NCBI GenBank assembly: GCA_043228905.1
Contig: JBHGNT010000007.1
Location: 15,748,001 to 15,812,000 of the forward strand
DNA from: Azolla caroliniana
Lineage: Eukaryota; Plantae; Polypodiophyta
DNA: 64,000 bases
Reading direction: 5' to 3'
The position numbers were made by a program, and so were the translations under genes. Shown here piece after piece: positions 58,101 through 64,000 of this stretch. Position 1 is the stretch's first letter. Every line of letters begins with the position of its first letter. The notes under the pieces were generated by a model. That model saw only the letters and a program-made list of their open reading frames with translations, ran no database searches and was not told the origin of the DNA.

Positions 58101-61100
58101 ACTTTCATGTTATGAAACTAAAATCCACAGATGTCATTTTAAGATACCCTTGGTTTTTTAATAAAAACCCTTCTTTGTCCATTGATTGGGTTAATCACTC
58201 AATCACATTTGAACTTAATAATTGTAAACATTTTATTCAAGGTTCCAAACTTCCTTCTCGTTCACTTGTGTCTTCTAAATCTTTTAAGTGAGTATTCAAG
58301 TTCATTAATTTATTCGTGTGTAATTGATCCTGCATTTCAATTTTATTATTTTAATATTGACGCCACACAATTACCACATTATGAACAACAATTGCTCAAC
58401 TCTATTTTAGATGATTTTCAAGACGTGTTTCCTAACGAATTGCTACTTACTTTACCACCAAAATGCAATGTGGACCATCAAATTGAACTCATTACTGGTG
58501 CTACTCATGTGAGCATTCCACCTTACCGACTTAGTCGATTAGAAGAGGATGAGATCGCTGAACAACTTAATATTACTTGAGTATGGGCCACATTAGGTAT
58601 AGTAAATCACCTTGGGGTGCGCCAGTTCTATTAGTTAAGAAGAAGGAAGGTTCATGGAGAATGTATCAATTATCGCCGTTTGAATAAAATGACAATTAAA
58701 AATGCATATCTGTTACCTTGTGCCGATGATTTGATTGATCATTTGCATGGGCCTCGATATTTTATGAAATTTGACTTACAGACAGGTTATCATCAGATTC
58801 GCATTCCCGAGGATGATATTCCTAAAACCGCTTTTCGTACGTGCTATGGCAATCATGAGTTTTTAGTCATACCTTTCGGGTTGACTAATGCTCCAGCCAC
58901 ATTCCAACAAGCGATGAATGTCGTTTTCTGAGATCAACTCGATGATTTTGTTGTCGGCTTCTTGGATGATATTTTGATATATAGCCGTACCTTGCAAGAT
59001 CATGTTCAACATGTTCGATTTGTTTTGCAAAAGTTGCGTGACAACTCTTTCTATGCAAAACATTCAAAATGTGATGTTTTCCAAAAATCTATTGTATACC
59101 TAGGTCATTTAATTACGGAAAATGGTGTTGAAATTGAACCTTGTTGTATTGAAAAGGTTAAACTTTGGCCCATTCCTCGTAATATTCGTGAATTGCAATC
59201 ATTCTTAGGGTTTGTTGGATGTTTACGAAAATCAATTCGTAACTATTCCAAATTGACTACGCCATTAACTGACGACCTTTTAAAAGGTCATCCACGTAAG
59301 TTTGTCAAACCAATTGCATGGAATAAAAAACTTGACAAATCATTTGAGACACTCAAAGAGCATGTGTGTCAAGCTCCCACGCTTCTATTACCGGACCCTT
59401 CTAAGCCTTTCTTAATCGAAACCGATGCTAGTGATTATGCTATTGGTGCCGTTCTTTATCATATTGGCGGTCACCCTATTGCTTTTGAAAGTAAGAAGCT
59501 TGATGCTGCTCAATCTCGGTATTCAGTTCAAGAGAAAGAGTTGTTTGCGGTAATACATGGACTTAAAACATGGAGGCACTATTTCTATGGAAATAAATTT
59601 GTGGTTACCACAAACCATCAACCATTGAAGTATTTGTGTGACCAACTAGATCTTGTTGGTCGTAAAGGCCATTGGGCTGACCTTATGCAAGATTTTGATT
59701 TTTCCATACGGTATCGGAAGGGTTCTATGAACACTATTGCGGATGCTCTTAGTCGCATTAAAGAAGTTAACATGCTTAGCTTCACAGAAATAAAATTTGA
59801 TCTTTTAGACTACCTTTGAGGGAAATACCTTGATGATAGTTATTTTTCGAAATACTGGACGAAAGCCGAATCTAGTTTAGATGCTGATACTAGCACCCTA
59901 CCCTCGAAGGCAACCTTTCACATTACAAACGTTTTGCTCTATCGTAGTGGAAAGATCTTTGTTCCAGATTTAACAAACGTAAAACAAAAAATTCTTCATG
60001 AATGTCATGATGCACCATCTGCTGGTCATCCTGGAATACAACGCACACTCATTCTCATCTCGAGTACTTTTTTCTGGCCTAAGATGCGCTCTGACGTGCA
60101 TAAATACATAACTTAATGCTTCCAATGTGAGATTAATACGTTGAATGACTTAAAGTTGTTGCTCTTTTACATCCCTTAGATATTCCCAACAACAAATGGG
60201 AAAGTATCTCGATGGATTTTATTGTTAGTTTACCTCGTACACAAAGGGGTCATGATGCCATTTGGGTTGTCATTGACAAACTAACCAAATTGGCTAGATT
60301 TATTCCTACCAAAACCACGGTAACCGCTCAACAATTGGCTTATCAATTTGTTGATGAGTTATTTCGTTTTTATGGATTACCGATGGATAGTGTTAGTGAT
60401 CGAGATTCCAAGTTTACTAGTGACTTTTGGACTCAAGTCTTTAAGAAACTAGAAACTATGTTGAGCATGAGTTTTGTAGATCATTCTCAGTCTAATGGAC
60501 AAACTAAACGAGTTAATCAAATTATTGAGGACATGCTTCGAGCTTATGTAGCAAAAACCCCTTCTAAGTGGGAGCAATACCTTCCTATCTTAGAATTTGC
60601 CTATAATAGCTCTAAACATACATCCACTAGATATAGTCCTTTTATGTTGATGATTGGTTTTCAGCCACGTGCCCTAGTTGATGTCACGATTCATCGTGAT
60701 ACATTAGACAGTACACACAATTTTTTGCAAGACATGAACCAAATGTTGCATATTGCCAAAGAGAATGTCAATACAACTCAAGATCGTGCTCGATTTTATG
60801 CTGATCAGGATAGATGTCTTCGTGCATTTACTATTGGTCAAAAAGTTTTTTTGCGTGTCCCTACTGACTCTACGTCATTGTCTATGGGCAAGTGCACTAA
60901 GTTAGCCCCACGATATTGTGGCCCATTTGAAATTCTTAAGCAGGTTGGGTCATCTACTTATCACCTTGCCTTACCCCATACCATTGATATTCATCCTGTT
61001 TTTCACGTCGGTCATCTAAAACCATATTTAGGCTCTGATGATAACACCATCACAATCCAAGATCTTGTAACATTAGAGGATTTTTCTTACAAACCTCATG

Positions 61101-61811
61101 TTCTTGAAGGAATTCTTGATTCTCGTACTAAACGTTTACGTTCTAAAGAGATTCGGCTATTCAAGATCAAATGGATGGATAAACCTATTTATGATGCCAC
61201 ATGGGAATGCGAGCATACTCTTAAGGCACAATTTCCTCACTTTATATTGCAAGAGTGCAATCTTTTGAAGTAGGGGAGTATGTTATGTACACATAACGTT
61301 GGTGAGGGTAGGTCACCAATATTTACATTAGTGAAGGGTATGTTCACTAATGTTAAAAAGGGGACTAATGATTGGATAGAAGGAATGATAGGTGCATGCA
61401 CTATCATGATTTGGACAACCAATGAATGGAGAGCCTTTTAGGAAGGCACATCTATTCAAGGGGCCTAGGAAAAGGCATAAATATGAGGCTTAGCTACCCT
61501 CATAATCACATTACGTCGGAAGGCTGTTGTCTTACACACCAGTGGTGTGGGCTAGGCTTTCGTCTCGACGATCGTGTTTATCTCTTCCAAGGTATTAGTC
61601 ATCCTAATATTTGGCGGTATGGGACGTCGGTGGTAGGTTGATTATGTCTAGATCATAGCTTGGGGGTGGTTGATTCTTCTGTCCATTCTATTTTCCTTCT
61701 TTTACTTTAGTTTGGTCTATTGATTAGTAATAGACTCTGAACATGCCAGTCGAAGGGAATTCGGCCAACACAAAGTCTTCATGGAGGAGAAGACTATTGT
61801 CGAGTGGGAGA
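52146..61811 (+). mobile_element. Copia C5 (5' LTR, PBS-Met, gag, protease, partial integrase), interrupted by G4, internally deleted
   Basis: LTR 52146-52801; PBS 52805-52816; duplicated CCHC segment; WVVNSGASFH; LELVHTNVC; resumes after 61748 and ends at PPT-like GAGTGGGAGA. Confidence 0.8.
54734..61743 (+). mobile_element. G4: full-length decayed chromovirus (Ty3/Gypsy)
   Basis: LTRs 54734-55206 and 61281-61743; TSD TGCCG/TGCCA; PBS TGGTATCAGAGC 55208-55219; PPT GAAGTAGGGGAG; RT FLDDILIYS; RNase H ETDASDYAIG; integrase MDFIVSLP..GPF; chromodomain ILDSR..IKW..DATWE. Confidence 0.95.
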
Positions 61812-64000
61812 TGTCACGACTTGAGAGTAGGAGAGACAAAGATAAAAAGATGATGATAGAATGTAGAGAGAGAGAGAGAGAGAGAGAACAGTAGAAATGG
61901 AAAAGAGTTTATAATATAAGAGAACAATGGTCACAAAGAGTAATGAGGCTATTGGCTAAAGACTGGTGTTGAACTGAATGAGTTCTGATGAATGAATAGA
62001 CATCTATTTATAGGTTCTTATGGAGTATTTTAGAATGTTCTAAAATATTTTAGATATTTATGACATTTAATATGATCATGGAATATTCTAGAATATTCTA
62101 GAATACTCTAGAATGTTCTAGAATACTCCAAATATCTTGTAATAACTAATAATATAATTATTATGCCTATATATTATATATGTTATTATAATGGTTAAAA
62201 GTCTAACACATAGCCAAGACGTTGTGGGTTCAAATCCTTGTAAGCCAATATATTTCTTCATGACATTATCCCCCCTTTTCGACGACAAGTAAGGGTTCCT
62301 CCGCAAGGTTCATCCACGGAGGGTGAGTCAGGGCCTAGCCACGAGTTGGAAGACAAGATGTCAGACTTGACTTATGGGGATATTTGTTGTGAAATGCAGC
62401 AACCATGTCAGAGGCATTAGGAAGATTCTTGGGGGGCTTCCATGTTCGATCATTAAGTGTATAACCTAACCAATCCACCAAATAATACAATTTGTTGTGG
62501 ATGAAAATGGACTCGAGAATATCCGCAACTTCATATTTAGAGGCATCAGAAACTTTGACTTGAGGTGGGGGAGATGTAAGACAACCCAGAATAGAGTTGG
62601 TTATGTAGGGCTCCAAAAGTGAAACATGCAAGATCGGGTGAAGACGCATGTGAGGAGGAAGATCAAGGCAAAATGCCACATTATTGATCTTACTAGATAT
62701 CACATATGGGCCAAAACGTTGATAATCCAATTTACAACAAGGTCTGATGGTTTTAATGCTACCTTGTAAGAGTTGTACTCGATGCTCACTTGAAACGTAG
62801 TCAATGACGGTCAACAACCTTCTTTTGAGTGTGACTAAATGGTGCGAAGGGATATCCTGAATTTCTTGGAGTCGGGTGTGCCGATCTTCAACAACTAGGT
62901 TTGTCGGGAGTTCGCAAGCTTTGTTCAATGAGGATGGTACCCAATGTTCGCAAAAAATGGCAAATATCCAGTAGAAGAATGTTCTGAATTGTTGTAAGCA
63001 AATTCTGCCAAATGTAATAGATCCACCCAATCATCTTGTTGATAGTTGACAATGACGAAGATATTGTTCTACTCTTTGTTTGGTGCGCTCACTCTACCCG
63101 TTAGTTTTTGGATGGTAACCGGAAGAAATTTTGCAAGAAGTATGTAAGAGTTTGAACATGTGTCGCCAAAATTTTGAGATGAACTGGGGTCCAACCTCGA
63201 TCACTAATAATATCATCAGGAAGACCATGATGTCGAAACACCTCTCACATGAGTAACTGGACTATCTCTTGGCTAGTAATGGCCTTCGTGCATGGAATAA
63301 ACTGTGCCATCTTCGTAAAATGATCTACTACTACCGTGAGAATAGAATCAAACCCCTTAGAAGGTGGTAGATCCTTAATGAAGTCCAATGAAATAGATTT
63401 CCATGGACTCTCAGGAATAGGCATTGGCTGTAAGAAGCCATATGGATGATGTTGAGGTTTTTGGATCAACAACATGTATCACAACTACGAACATAATCCG
63501 TAACAAAATGGCAAAGTCGTGGCCACCAATATCTTCGAAAAATAATGTGAAAGTCTTGTGGATGCCGAAATGTTCAGCCATTGGTGTGTCATGACATTGT
63601 TGCAAGACTTAGAGTCGAGAATGACCCTCAGGCACATACAAGAGATTTTGTCGAAAAAGTAAACCATCATGCCAATTGAATTGGTTGTAGTCTTGATGAG
63701 GATTTGAGATTGGGAACAAGAAGCATGATCTAGGATAATATGGTTCAAAATGCCTTGGCCGAATTCATCAGTCTCAATATGCTCCTGAATGGAACCAAGA
63801 AGACTTGAATCTCTAGGTGTGTCTATAGCATGAAATGTCGTTATTCGTATATGTTTAGGAAATAAGAGGATTTACGTTTGACTTTTAAATGTGATGTCTC
63901 CTTGTTGAATTTCCATATACAAATGCTAAGATAAAGCATCTGCTTTTCCTTATTGCACCCCACGGTGATATAGAATTACGAAATCAAAACGAGTTAAGAA
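61812..64000 (-). mobile_element. G5: Tcn1-like chromovirus, 3' part (RNase H end, integrase, chromodomain, PPT, 3' LTR)
   Basis: LTR 61812-62265 (TGTCA..TGACA); PPT AAAAGGGGGGA; [23 protein letters not shown]; chromodomain YEVADIL..LYYLVDWLGY..RTW. Confidence 0.9.
62081..62130. promoter_or_regulatory. Heat-shock-element-like array (nGAAnnTTCn x5) in the G5 LTR
   Basis: GAATATTCTA GAATATTCTA GAATACTCTA GAATGTTCTA GAATACTCCA, ~70 nt upstream of minus-strand TATAAATA (62005-62012). Confidence 0.75.

Overview
Eukaryotic, land-plant-type DNA (probably a non-seed plant; inferred from the TE lineages). About 85% is nested LTR retrotransposons around one host gene, an 8-exon ferric reductase/oxidase (FRO family) on the minus strand (43914-47393). 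Main elements: a fungal-type Ty3/Gypsy with a tRNA-Trp PBS, split by an intact, very young OTA-like Gypsy (E1, 2372-12583: 370-bp LTRs that look identical, TCCAT TSD, gag-pol plus a coiled-coil ORF2); a non-coding relative (E2, 19613-23889); a decayed relative (E3, 26857-37283); several Copia elements and solo LTRs; two chromoviruses. Best candidate for a new system: E1, E2 and E3 have unrelated LTRs, yet all lack a polypurine tract. In its place, 2-5 nt from the 3' LTR, each has a length-conserved ~40-nt copy of the 3' part of a mature tRNA-Arg(UCU) ending in CCA, with an extra covarying hairpin inserted in the T-loop. This suggests tRNA-primed (or tRNA-mimic-primed) plus-strand synthesis, i.e. 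an LTR element with primer-binding sites at both ends. Everything was read by eye; no searches or folding programs were run, and tRNA identities are recalled plant consensus sequences.
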